Below the pieces are notes generated by a model. The model searched no databases. It saw nothing but the letters and a program-made list of their open reading frames with translations, and was not told the origin of the DNA. A DNA stretch of 64,000 nt from Candidatus Poriferihabitaceae bacterium (GTDB taxonomy: Bacteria > Pseudomonadota > Gammaproteobacteria > Arenicellales > Poriferihabitantaceae), in assembly GCA_965223465.1 (NCBI GenBank), contig OZ245025.1, positions 2,253,900 through 2,317,899 on the forward strand, written 5' to 3'. Both the position numbers and the translations under genes were made by a program. Shown piece by piece: positions 51,264 through 60,517 of this stretch; position 1 is the first letter of the stretch, and every line of letters starts with the position of its first letter.

Positions 51264-51813
51264 ATCTATCTACCTGGAAAATCAACAACCTCGCCGCTAG
51301 CAGTGGGGTAGGTACGAGGAACTGCTTAACCTTCGCCCCAAGGTGCGGCGAATTAGACCCATTAGTGGGATTAAAACCAATGGGTCTTTAAGATTCGGCC
51401 TCTTTTACGATATTACACCATACGACAATTTATTGACTCCGTAGTACTCAGTGGGGTAATCATCTCCGCCCCTAAGCTCGAAATTAATTTGAGCCATAGA
51501 GATCTGATTAGATTCGGGTAAATGCTAGAAGTGCCAAAAACGGAGCGGGTCAATAAATACACAGTTTAGATGTGGTATATTTGATGCACTAGGATTAGGG
51601 GTGTTCGGACGAACAAAATTTTCGAATGCTAAACCACTATTTCGTTTATCCGAGCGCGAACTACTTAAAGGTGTACTTGCTAAATCTATTAGGTGCAATA
51701 CCAAAAGAAATACTAATTAACTTATTGATATATAAATGATAAATTATAAAAAGAAATTATTTATACACCTGGTAGTAAAAATATATACACCTTCACAAGG
51801 TGTATAATAATTG

Positions 51814-52555
51814 TTAGGCATCAAGGGATATCACTGGTGGAAATCCAAACTCTTCAGAATCAACTTGTGATTGATCATGCGTAGGCTTATTGGCTCGTTG
51901 TGGTGGGTTCTGGAGAGCCAGTGGTGGGTTGTCATTGAACATACGGATGGGCTCCAAAAATGCATTCGGGCCGGGAGCCCAACCGCATTGATCGTTCTCA
52001 TCTGGGCGCCGATTATGTGCTTCCCCCAATGGCTCATCGCGCCGCTGTTCGGTTATAGGCTGGAAACTCTGTCAGTTTTCGTGGCTCGGATGGCCGCTAT
52101 GTGCATCGTTCGAAAGCTCGATGGGATCATGCCCCTCACAAGAGCATTGGGGCTTTGCCATCTGGTTACTTTCGGCCCTGTTCTGGTTCTTCTGCTTATG
52201 TCAGGCAGCGCCAGTTCCGAGGGTTCCTACTTCGGTTGGTTCGTCTTGAGTCAGATCTTTGTTATTGGGCTCTGCTTGTTTATGGATGCGCGTGATTTCT
52301 TCTTCTATCTGGGAGGGCATCCGTATCCATGCTACGTGCGAGAAGGTGCCATTGGCGGTCAACTGCAAATAGATGACCCGAAGGCTCATGAGAAAGTCAC
52401 ATGGCGATCTCGGTTCATCGGCCCTTAAAGATGAGAAATCGCACAGCTGGCCGCACCGGAAGCGTTTGCGGTTTGAGGCCTAACAAATCGCTTCAGAGGA
52501 CGAGAAACCGTTCGGCTTACGCCTCCTCGGCTTCTCGCCGCTGAGCCTGGGTCCG
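51814..52555 (+). mobile_element. Integron-type gene cassette 1 (742 bp)
   Basis: Starts after the G of GTTAGGC (51813-51819). Ends at the G of GTTAGAG (52555). Its attC inverse core GCCTAAC (52478-52484) is the exact complement of its own upstream core. Confidence 0.7.
51877..52428 (+). CDS. Cassette-borne hypothetical membrane protein
   Basis: Cassette ORF. The track starts it at TTG 51871, but ATG 51877 is more likely. It has several hydrophobic segments and I recognise no family. Confidence 0.5.
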   Translation: MRRLIGSLWWVLESQWWVVIEHTDGLQKCIRAGSPTALIVLIWAPIMCFPQWLIAPLFGYRLETLSVFVARMAAMCIVRKLDGIMPLTRALGLCHLVTFGPVLVLLLMSGSASSEGSYFGWFVLSQIFVIGLCLFMDARDFFFYLGGHPYPCYVREGAIGGQLQIDDPKAHEKVTWRSRFIGP

Positions 52556-52561
52556 TTAGAG
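52478..52561 (+). mobile_element. attC recombination site 1 (84 bp)
   Basis: The left arm is GCCTAAC-AAATC-GCTTCAGAGGACGAGAAACC. It is an imperfect inverted repeat of the right arm GGCTTCTCGCCGCTGAGCCTG-GGTCC-GTTAGAG, with extrahelical bases as is typical of attC. Confidence 0.7.
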
Positions 52562-53051
52562 CTACTCAATGATAAAAAGCATCATAATAATTACTGGTGT
52601 AGTGTTAATTGTTTGGCTATATCATTTATTTACACGCCCGTTGCCTGCATTTAGGGCTTTACCACATAGTGTCGCTGAGCGCGCTCAAGAATACTATGTT
52701 AGCTCAGATTTTCTTCCCAATTATACGCATTGCATCAAAGCCCCCTTGAATGTGCAGCAATTCCAAGAGTTTGTAACAAAAATGGAATTTTCAAAGGGCT
52801 CGGCATTAAAAACTTATCCTCAAACTTGTAATAATAAGTGGCATAACAACTCATGGTGGGATCCACCATTATTAAAAGAGGCTGTAATAATCTTTGAAAA
52901 CTATAGTACTACAACTGAATCTGGCGAGTTAGCAGTATTCAGTGAGGGACGACTATATTATGTTGGCTGGAATTCGTAGCTCTAACAAATCATTCAAGTT
53001 TGCCGCTACGCGGCGGGACGCGCGCTGCGCTTGCGGCCCCTAATTCAACCG
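52556..53051 (+). mobile_element. Integron-type gene cassette 2 (496 bp), visibly AT-richer than its flanks
   Basis: Starts TTAGAGC. Its attC begins GCTCTAAC (52979-52986), the exact complement of GTTAGAGC at its upstream boundary. Ends at the G of GTTGGAT (53051). Confidence 0.7.
52569..52979 (+). CDS. Cassette-borne hypothetical protein with an N-terminal TM helix
   Basis: 136 aa. The stop codon overlaps the attC inverse core, which is a common cassette layout. Confidence 0.55.
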   Translation: MIKSIIIITGVVLIVWLYHLFTRPLPAFRALPHSVAERAQEYYVSSDFLPNYTHCIKAPLNVQQFQEFVTKMEFSKGSALKTYPQTCNNKWHNNSWWDPPLLKEAVIIFENYSTTTESGELAVFSEGRLYYVGWNS

Positions 53052-53057
53052 TTGGAT
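52979..53057 (+). mobile_element. attC recombination site 2 (~79 bp)
   Basis: GCTCTAAC-AAATC-ATTCAAGTTTGCCGC ... GCGGCCCCTAATTCAACC-GTTGGAT. It shares TAACAAATC.(C/T)TTCA with attC1 and ends in a GTTRRRY core. Confidence 0.65.
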
Positions 53058-53118
53058 CTCAGACATAATCGATACTTTGTCGTACTAAAAATAAGCGTAT
53101 TTCTCTGCGCATAAGACA

Positions 53119-53149
53119 CAAAAAACCCGGCCTTCGGCCGGGTGTTTTA
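53119..53149. terminator. Bidirectional rho-independent terminator
   Basis: aaaaaACCCGGCCttcGGCCGGGTgtttt. It serves the minus-strand cytochrome c gene and would also stop read-through from the cassettes. Confidence 0.8.
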
Positions 53150-53170
53150 ACTCTGTAAAGTAGGGTGACA

Positions 53171-53485
53171 CTATTTATTTGCTTCGATCATATAATCTAC
53201 CGCTGTTTTAATCTCATCGTCGCTTAAGTTCATAAACCCCCCTTTTGGCGGCATCACGCCCGTCTCACCCTGAAAGCCGTTGATGGCATGTCCATAGAGG
53301 GTTTCTTTATCTTGGCCAATACGTGCTGCCCATGCTGCTTTATCACCCATTTTAGGTGCACCCGCGACACCCGTTGCATGACATGCTGCGCAACCGCTGT
53401 TATATACCGCTTTGCCGTCAGCCATTGCTGTGCCAGCCATAAAGGTTAAACTGCCCGCAATAAGTAACGTTCTTACTAATTTCAT
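53171..53485 (-). CDS. Cytochrome c5-type monoheme cytochrome
   Basis: 104 aa; signal peptide, CAACH heme-binding site, and a distal MPPKGG Met ligand region. Confidence 0.88.
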   Translation of the reverse strand: MKLVRTLLIAGSLTFMAGTAMADGKAVYNSGCAACHATGVAGAPKMGDKAAWAARIGQDKETLYGHAINGFQGETGVMPPKGGFMNLSDDEIKTAVDYMIEANK

Positions 53486-53684
53486 TTTTTGTTCCGATTC
53501 AATTATTTATTAACGTCAAGTCCGCTGCGTTAATTCTGGCAGCAATACTATCGGGCTGAACTTAACCCAATCTGAACTTTTCGTCTATTATTTATTTATT
53601 ATAAGAATATAATTAAATAAATGTATTATGTGAATGATGTCTGGTCATAGAGGCGCCTTCTTAGCGTGGTTACGCGCAATTAGA

Positions 53685-54143
53685 TTATGTTTTACCGGTA
53701 TGTCCGAATCCACCTGTCGCCCGCTCAGATTCGACAAATTCTTCTACTACATTAAACGATGCTTGCACCACGGGCACGAACACCATTTGGGCGATTCGGT
53801 CTCCTGGTTCAATGGTAAATGCACTCTGGCCGCGATTCCAGCAAGAGATATACACCTGACCTTGATAATCTGAATCAATCAGGCCGACCAAATTGCCCAA
53901 CACAATACCGTGTTTATGGCCCATCCCCGAACGTGGCAATAATACTGCGGCCAACGATGGATCATCTAAGTAGATGGCAATCCCTGAAGGAATCAGTTCG
54001 GTTTGCCCTGCCGCAAGCGAGATGGGCGCGTCAATACAAGCGCGCAAATCCAGGCCGGCTGAACCATCCGTCGCGTAGTGGGGTAAACCAAATTCACCCT
54101 GAATGCGTTGATCCAGGATTTTTACTTGTACGGTTTGAGTCAT
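53685..54143 (-). CDS. dut: dUTP diphosphatase
   Basis: 152 aa; [33 protein letters not shown], and the [11 protein letters not shown]-terminal motif. Confidence 0.95.
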   Translation of the reverse strand: MTQTVQVKILDQRIQGEFGLPHYATDGSAGLDLRACIDAPISLAAGQTELIPSGIAIYLDDPSLAAVLLPRSGMGHKHGIVLGNLVGLIDSDYQGQVYISCWNRGQSAFTIEPGDRIAQMVFVPVVQASFNVVEEFVESERATGGFGHTGKT

Positions 54144-54790
54144 ATCAGTTGATTATGAATGTGAGAAAGAATGGTCTCTGCGAGCTGTGATTTCGCTTGC
54201 CTGCCAATATCCAGTACTTCAGCAGCGCTGATGATGAGCACGCGGTTATCGTCGGCACCGAAACCAACGCCTTGTTCACTGACATCATTGGCAATAATCA
54301 TATCCAGCTTTTTGGCTTTCAATTTCGCCTTCGCATGCGCCTGCAGGTGTTGGGTTTCTGCGGCAAAACCCACCGTAAACGGACGCCTTTTGGTCAACGC
54401 GGCCACGCTGGCAACAATATCGGGGTTTTTGGTCAGTTCAATGCTCAGCTTATCCGCAGATTTCTTAATTTTCTGCTCAGCAACATCAACCGGCCGGTAA
54501 TCCGCAACCGCAGCCACACCGATAAACACATCAATCGAGTGCGCTTTGATATGCGCGTGAACAGCATCATACATTTGCAGCGCGGACTGTACTTGCGTGG
54601 TTTCAATATCGGTAGGCTCTGGTAAACAAACCGGCCCTGAAACCAACAAGACACGCGCACCCAGCTTAGCTGCGGTGGTTGCCAGTGCATAACCCATTTT
54701 GCCTGAACTATGGTTGGTAATTCCGCGTACTGGATCAATCGCTTCCCAGGTCGGACCAGCGGTAATCAAAAAGGTTTTGTTTTCTAACAC
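54140..54790 (-). CDS. coaB: Phosphopantothenate-cysteine ligase (CoaB half of CoaBC), separate reading frame
   Basis: 216 aa. [26 protein letters not shown] is the CoaB signature. The GTG start overlaps the coaC stop by 7 nt. Confidence 0.75.
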   Translation of the reverse strand: MLENKTFLITAGPTWEAIDPVRGITNHSSGKMGYALATTAAKLGARVLLVSGPVCLPEPTDIETTQVQSALQMYDAVHAHIKAHSIDVFIGVAAVADYRPVDVAEQKIKKSADKLSIELTKNPDIVASVAALTKRRPFTVGFAAETQHLQAHAKAKLKAKKLDMIIANDVSEQGVGFGADDNRVLIISAAEVLDIGRQAKSQLAETILSHIHNQLI

Positions 54791-55323
54791 TCGACGCCTG
54801 GATTATCAGCAAGGGCTGCCACAATATCTTCGGGTTCTACCATACGACCCGCACCGGTTTCTCCACATGCCTGCTCTCCCTTGGCGGGCCCTATTATTTG
54901 TACGCCGCGCTCTGTTAAGCGTGCAACGTTTTCCTGGGTTGCCACATGTTTCCACATTTGCTGATTCATGGCAGGGGCTAAAACAAGGGGCGCGGTGGTT
55001 GCCAGGCATAGCGTTAAGAGCAAATCCCCTGCTAAACCGTAGGACAACTGCGCAATGCAGTGCGCGGTGGCAGGTGCGACTAATATGAGATCTGCCCAGC
55101 GTGCTAGTTCGATATGATCCATCGCTGACTCGGCCGCTGGATCGAACAATGCCGCGCGTACTGTTCTACCGGAAACCGCTTGCAAGGCCAGCGGCGCTAC
55201 AAATTCGCGCGCACTGTCGCTCATCACCACCTGTACTTGGTGGTCATCTTTAACCAGCTTACGCACTAAATCCGGGGTTTTGTAAGCGGCAATACCACCC
55301 GTGATACCAAGAATTATATTCAT
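54784..55323 (-). CDS. coaC: Phosphopantothenoylcysteine decarboxylase (CoaC half of CoaBC), separate reading frame
   Basis: MNIILGITGGIAAYKTPDLVRKL and PAMNQQMW are flavoprotein motifs. I trimmed the start to 55323, because the 38-codon upstream extension in the track is hydrophobic junk. Confidence 0.75.
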   Translation of the reverse strand: MNIILGITGGIAAYKTPDLVRKLVKDDHQVQVVMSDSAREFVAPLALQAVSGRTVRAALFDPAAESAMDHIELARWADLILVAPATAHCIAQLSYGLAGDLLLTLCLATTAPLVLAPAMNQQMWKHVATQENVARLTERGVQIIGPAKGEQACGETGAGRMVEPEDIVAALADNPGVEC

Positions 55324-55430
55324 GGTGTCGAGTCTAAGCCAATGTACCTGAAAAGACCAAATGATTAGCGAGCCGAATACAACGATAAATACGTTATAAT
55401 TAGCAAAGACTAATATTATCGAGCAATAAG

Positions 55431-56093
55431 ATGCCAAGTACAGATGACTTAAAAAAGGCTGCCGCCGAAGCTGCGCTAGAGTACGTAAATAGTGGAGATA
55501 TCGTCGGCGTAGGCACCGGTTCGACCGCCAATCACTTCATCGAGTTTTTGGGCAAGATAAAAGGAAAGATTGACGGCGCGGTATCGAGTAGCGAGTTTAG
55601 CGCTAAATTGTTGCGCAGCCATGGTATTGAAGTCATGGAATTGAACGACGTGGGCACCTTGCCCGTTTACGTAGATGGTGCCGACGAAGCCACCCAACAC
55701 GGCTATCTGATTAAAGGGGGCGGGGGCGCCCTCACGCGCGAAAAGATTGTTGCGCAGGCCAGCGAAAAATTCGTTTGCATCGCTGACGATAGCAAACTGG
55801 TCGAAGTATTGGGTGAGTTCCCGCTCCCGGTAGAAGTCATCCCGATGGCACGCAGCTTGGTGGCTCGCTATCTGGTTGACTTGGGGGGTCAGCCGGAATA
55901 TCGGGCTGGCTTTGTAACGGATAACGGCAACCTGATTCTGGATGTGCGCAACCTAGAAATCGTACAACCCAAAGAGCTCGAAACCCAAATCAATCAAATG
56001 CCCGGCGTGGTTACCAATGGCCTGTTTGCGCTTCGCGGCGCGAATATCATGCTATTCGGTGGCGCAAGTGGGGTTGAAAAGATCGTGGTTTAA
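55431..56093 (+). CDS. rpiA: Ribose-5-phosphate isomerase A
   Basis: 220 aa; [21 protein letters not shown] and [13 protein letters not shown] motifs. Confidence 0.93.
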   Translation: MPSTDDLKKAAAEAALEYVNSGDIVGVGTGSTANHFIEFLGKIKGKIDGAVSSSEFSAKLLRSHGIEVMELNDVGTLPVYVDGADEATQHGYLIKGGGGALTREKIVAQASEKFVCIADDSKLVEVLGEFPLPVEVIPMARSLVARYLVDLGGQPEYRAGFVTDNGNLILDVRNLEIVQPKELETQINQMPGVVTNGLFALRGANIMLFGGASGVEKIVV

Positions 56094-56193
56094 CCCCGTA
56101 ATGATCAGCCTGGATTAATCGTAATCCATATATCCTAGCAGTTTCTCACAAACTTTTAGCGCCATGAATGTAAATCGGGGCAAGTAGTATTTT

Positions 56194-56754
56194 ATGAAGT
56201 CTAATATCAAAATAGCCGCTATCGTTATTGCACTTATAACCCTAATGAGTGCCTGCGATGAGTCCAGTAAAACTGAATCCGGAGCCAAAGGGAATCCAGT
56301 GGAGGCAGCCACTCCATCTCGAGAAACGATATCTTTGAATGCGTTTTCTGACTTTGATTGCACCTCAGCCTGGACGACACGCGATGGCGCTTTGGGCCTC
56401 AGAGCAGGATCTGGATCTGGCGAATGTAAAACCACTTTTGGTGGCGTTACTGGGGAATACTATATTACTCTGATAGCACAAGCGGAATTTGATGGCGCGC
56501 CACCATATAGCATCCAGGTTAATGGGGGTGAGGTAAAATCGGGTAACTACCCTTATTCTAAAGACCGCTTGATTTGTGATTGCCCAAATTGGCGGCAGAA
56601 CTGCCCGGATAAACGAGTCGATATCGACACGCCACCACTCACCCTAAATCAAGGTGATATCATTGTCTTTTCTGCCCGGGAAGTTTATCCCTGTGGACCA
56701 TCTCATGGTGCCTATGCCAAGTGGCTTGGCATGGAAATTGTTCCGCTTGAATAA
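56194..56754 (+). CDS. Lipoprotein, unknown function
   Basis: 186 aa with lipobox LMSAC. No recognised family. Confidence 0.5.
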   Translation: MKSNIKIAAIVIALITLMSACDESSKTESGAKGNPVEAATPSRETISLNAFSDFDCTSAWTTRDGALGLRAGSGSGECKTTFGGVTGEYYITLIAQAEFDGAPPYSIQVNGGEVKSGNYPYSKDRLICDCPNWRQNCPDKRVDIDTPPLTLNQGDIIVFSAREVYPCGPSHGAYAKWLGMEIVPLE

Positions 56755-56920
56755 AGTGGTTTGACCCAAAGGCGCAAACACAGATTCTGCGCCAAACGAA
56801 TGTTGGGTAGGTTAATGGTCGTGGTTATCTCGTACCGATCAGCACCAAGATAATGGTATCAATTATGGTAAGGGCGAGCGGCTTTACGTCTCGGTTAACC
56901 GGGCAGCTGTGAATAACCGT

Positions 56921-58063
56921 TTAAATCAGACCTAAAAGCAATGCAGCCTGCTTCGAAAGCAATAGATCATAGACCCAGGGCAGGGCGAATGTGTGGCCTG
57001 CACACCTCATGCTTTCAAAAGTTGGTCGCCAATGCTGCAAGGTGTTGATGGTAGAGTTAGTGATGTTAGGCAAACCAAGGATGCGCGCGACCACATTAGC
57101 TGCATCACCATTGCGTATCGGTTGCTTGGGGGTGGTGTAAGGTGGATTGTTATCGATAGCAGGCTGGTGCGCATTACACGCATTGAGCGCGTAAATCGAT
57201 GTGGCTGCTGCAACATCCACGCCCCACATATAAAACGGTATGACGTGGCTTTCTGAAACATTGGGCCAGTGTTCGTTTTCATTTTCCTGACCCCCATGAT
57301 CACTGGTTAGGATAAGCACCGTTTTGCCCCGATAATTATTGTCCGTTTTTAACAAAGAAATAACCCTGCCCAGATAACCATCCACTTCTATTATGCTTTG
57401 CATATACTCACTATTGGGCACCCAGTTCCAACTCGACGCATGCCCGGCTGTATCGGGATCACGAATATGTAAAAACGCATAGTGCCGGGGTGTGGTATGT
57501 AAGTCATTGATAAAGGCTGTTACCAAGTTCTCGGTGTTTCTTAGGTAAACATAGCGGTCAATTTTGTCACGGCCATGATTAATACCGACGCTATCTATTG
57601 CCCCATTTTCTTCATTCCAGCTCCGATCAAAGAGCGCAAACTTGTGTTTGCCTGCAAACAATGAAGTAGATTTACCTGCATCGTGCACCCTATCAAATAC
57701 GCCTGCGACGTATTGATCTGCCACGGTATGTAAAGTGACGGGTGAACCCGGGTCAAAGTTAACAATCCAGCGATGCCCGCCAGCTGCGTTAACCGAACGC
57801 CCGGTAAATTGGGAAACGTGGTTGGGCAGGGTTTCCGTAAATTGTGGGTCAGTACGCGCTGCCAAGGTACTGGCGCCTTCTGTGCTTAAGCGATAAAAGT
57901 TGGGCAATTTGCTGGGCCCATGTATCGCAATGGCTTCAGCGTACAAGCCGTCAACACTGATATGAACCACTCTTTCGGCCGCATTGATGGGCAAGGAATA
58001 GCCTAAAAACACCATCATAAATAATGCGTGAAATAACTGCCTTGTTTTCGGTATCTTTTCCAT
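56921..58063 (-). CDS. Alkaline-phosphatase-superfamily phosphodiesterase/nucleotide pyrophosphatase-like secreted enzyme
   Basis: 380 aa; VHISVDGL near the N-terminus, HIRDPDTAGH, and LTSDHGG motifs. Confidence 0.6.
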   Translation of the reverse strand: MEKIPKTRQLFHALFMMVFLGYSLPINAAERVVHISVDGLYAEAIAIHGPSKLPNFYRLSTEGASTLAARTDPQFTETLPNHVSQFTGRSVNAAGGHRWIVNFDPGSPVTLHTVADQYVAGVFDRVHDAGKSTSLFAGKHKFALFDRSWNEENGAIDSVGINHGRDKIDRYVYLRNTENLVTAFINDLHTTPRHYAFLHIRDPDTAGHASSWNWVPNSEYMQSIIEVDGYLGRVISLLKTDNNYRGKTVLILTSDHGGQENENEHWPNVSESHVIPFYMWGVDVAAATSIYALNACNAHQPAIDNNPPYTTPKQPIRNGDAANVVARILGLPNITNSTINTLQHWRPTFESMRCAGHTFALPWVYDLLLSKQAALLLGLI

Positions 58064-58352
58064 GCTAGTTGTTTATAAATTAATAGTTGGTTAATCCCCA
58101 CATGCGAACTTAATATTAAACCAGTCGGGCCCTGATGAGTCACAAAAAAATCTGTGCCTAAACGTGATGTATTCAGGCATCACTCGCAGAAATGAGAAGC
58201 ATTATTCCCTTGCCATAAATTCGCTTAAAGCGAAATCCTTAGAAATTCACTTGCGTTTCGGTGTTACTATCAGCTGGGTAAACTCGAGACCATGCGGTAT
58301 TTTCTAAGCGGGCCTTATACAATAAAACGAATAATACAGAATAAACAAGCCG

Positions 58353-59162
58353 ATGAATTGCCTGGATAAATACAGAAACAAGCTCATTCGTGAGATAAAT
58401 CAAAATCTAAGGAGCATCCGAACGCAACCCGAAGAAGAGGCGATTCATGAATACCGGGTTGGGGTAAAAAGGCTGACGGCATTTTATTTCTTCCTCAGCC
58501 AGATAGACCCAAGCCTGCAGGCAAAAACAATTCTCAAGCCCTACCGTACTTCTTTTAAATTTGTAGGCAAAATCCGCGACGGCCATATTGCCATAAATTT
58601 AATTCGCAACCTGACCGAACTTGACCCCGCGGAAAAAAAAGGACTTATTAAAGCGATCAACGCTAGAGTACGGAAAGACATTCGCGCATTTGCAAAACAC
58701 GTTCAATCTGAAACGCAATCACCTATTCGAATGCCTTCGGTTAAAACGCTGGGTATTTCAGAACGCGCCATTTTAAAACACAAGCCTATCATTCTGAATG
58801 CGCTTATCTCCTCCGTTTCAAATACAGAGGGTCGAGTAACCGCGAAACAATGGCATAAGAAGCGTATATTACTTAAACGCTACCAACACATTATGGATGC
58901 CTTTGAGTATTGTCCTGGACATCAATCTGACGAACGTGAACTCAAACAAATCTACATGTTACAAAAATTACTCGGCGACTGGCATGATCGCGTGGTCACC
59001 ATGGAGTTATTGCAATCTATGCCAGAAATTGAACATCAGATAGAACACATTATTGCGGTTGCGCAAAATCAAGATAGGTTGTTGTTGGGGTCTGCCAAAA
59101 TTTATTTACACAATTATTCAATTTGGTATAAGACCACCAAAGATTCTGGAGGCGGCCAATAG
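58353..59162 (+). CDS. CHAD-domain protein
   Basis: 269 aa; helical and histidine-rich, with IHEYRVGVKRL, WHKKRILLKRYQH and LGDWHD motifs. Confidence 0.7.
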   Translation: MNCLDKYRNKLIREINQNLRSIRTQPEEEAIHEYRVGVKRLTAFYFFLSQIDPSLQAKTILKPYRTSFKFVGKIRDGHIAINLIRNLTELDPAEKKGLIKAINARVRKDIRAFAKHVQSETQSPIRMPSVKTLGISERAILKHKPIILNALISSVSNTEGRVTAKQWHKKRILLKRYQHIMDAFEYCPGHQSDERELKQIYMLQKLLGDWHDRVVTMELLQSMPEIEHQIEHIIAVAQNQDRLLLGSAKIYLHNYSIWYKTTKDSGGGQ

Positions 59163-59456
59163 TTCATCGTTTTAGCGGCCGGCTGCGCGATTTAAATAGC
59201 ACATATTTGCGGTGATATAGAGAACCATTTACCCATCGCAAATCCATATTCGAATTTATACTCTTGTGATTAGTTGACCGGATTTATCCTTAGTCTGGTA
59301 AATTTTATCCGTACAAGCTTATATCCCGGCTTGGTTTATCGGTATAATTAGGGAAACAGTGTTTATGTTGCGCGGCTAGCTCGTTGTTGGGTGTTGCAAA
59401 AAACCCAGTTGCCAACGTTATAAGCTGGAATGTATACAAAAATTGGGAAACAAAAA

Positions 59457-59714
59457 ATGAAAACAAAGATTTTAATCTTATCTGGTTTGATGTTTGCGTT
59501 AACGGCTTGCGGAGATAGCAGCTCAGATTCCAAGGCCACATCAAGTGCATGGTTTAAGGTTTCACCGCTTGGCAACAGTTGCAAAACTGTTAGATCAGAC
59601 CCTTTATTTCCCGCTTGGGCTCATTCGACCTGTAATGCACACAACTTGCAGTATCTTTATCAATCTCGCTGTGATGACCACGATAAAGCGGAAGTGTTGT
59701 GCGGCAACGAATAG
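59457..59714 (+). CDS. Small cysteine-rich lipoprotein
   Basis: MKTKILILSGLMFALTACG lipobox, taken from the internal Met of the track ORF. Confidence 0.5.
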   Translation: MKTKILILSGLMFALTACGDSSSDSKATSSAWFKVSPLGNSCKTVRSDPLFPAWAHSTCNAHNLQYLYQSRCDDHDKAEVLCGNE

Positions 59715-59899
59715 CGCAACTACCTAAATACTAGAAGGCATCATCTTACAAACAGGGCAAGGTTAAACATTACGAGTGAGGTGGTTGTGGTGGATCACTA
59801 ATATAAGGATATTAGGGAATCCATTATATAAAATAGTAAATACTTACTTAGTAAAACCCTACCTGGCCCCTTGGTCGCTGTAGCTCTACGCGTTCTTTA

Positions 59900-60478
59900 T
59901 TATCCAGCCATCTCGCGATTACGTTTTAGTAAGGGGATGGCAATGATGGCACCCAGTAAATTCGCCACGATATCTATCGCTGTGTTTTCGTAACCACCGA
60001 CATTGGTGTCTGGAATCAATACCGTCGCAGCAAACTCAACAATCTCATTTAATCCGCCAATCCCGGTTGCGGCTAGGACAGTAATTAGGACTAACACACC
60101 GTGGCGAGCATCCGCACCTGCGATATGGCTGACAACCGACCATATCAATAAGGTGACCACGGTATAACAGTAAGCATGAACCAATTGATCGTATTTCAAT
60201 ATTAAATACGGTTCGCCGACGATTGGGATGAGCACCTTGTTATATAAAACCTCATCTCCGACAACCCACAGGCCACCCAGAATATGCATGACAAGCCATA
60301 CAACAAAAGCCCACAATACCCAGGACGGATAATGAAATAACGGGTCAGTTCGATGAATAATCATGACTAATACCAACACCACGACCGCATACAGTATAAA
60401 TTCGTAAGTTCCCGTAATTAGGCTCCATGCCACTAAGATCCCGCAAAGGATATAACCGATAATATACTGGACGCTCAT
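59900..60478 (-). CDS. Polytopic membrane protein, unknown function
   Basis: 192 aa with 5-6 TM segments. The C-terminal GGYENTAIDIVANLLGA loosely resembles the DUF2238 protein at 45197. Confidence 0.5.
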   Translation of the reverse strand: MSVQYIIGYILCGILVAWSLITGTYEFILYAVVVLVLVMIIHRTDPLFHYPSWVLWAFVVWLVMHILGGLWVVGDEVLYNKVLIPIVGEPYLILKYDQLVHAYCYTVVTLLIWSVVSHIAGADARHGVLVLITVLAATGIGGLNEIVEFAATVLIPDTNVGGYENTAIDIVANLLGAIIAIPLLKRNREMAG

Positions 60479-60517
60479 AGCACGACTAAACCTTCCAAAG
60501 AAATGGGCTTTCTTTTC

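Noticed and set aside
51355-51387. Perfect 9-bp hairpin AGACCCATT-N15-AATGGGTCT
   Set aside because: It has no flanking U-run on either strand, so it is not a terminator, and it occurs once only. It may be an operator or cassette debris, but there is nothing to build a claim on.
51264-51812. Search for an intI gene or pseudogene, or a further attC site, upstream of the first cassette
   Set aside because: The segment is only ~550 bp, very AT-rich, and closed in all six frames. I found no integrase motifs and no RYYYAAC...GTTRRRY palindrome.
55324-55437. 38-codon upstream extension of the coaC ORF overlapping the rpiA start
   Set aside because: The extension is hydrophobic nonsense. The conserved flavoprotein N-terminus MNIILGITGG starts at 55323.
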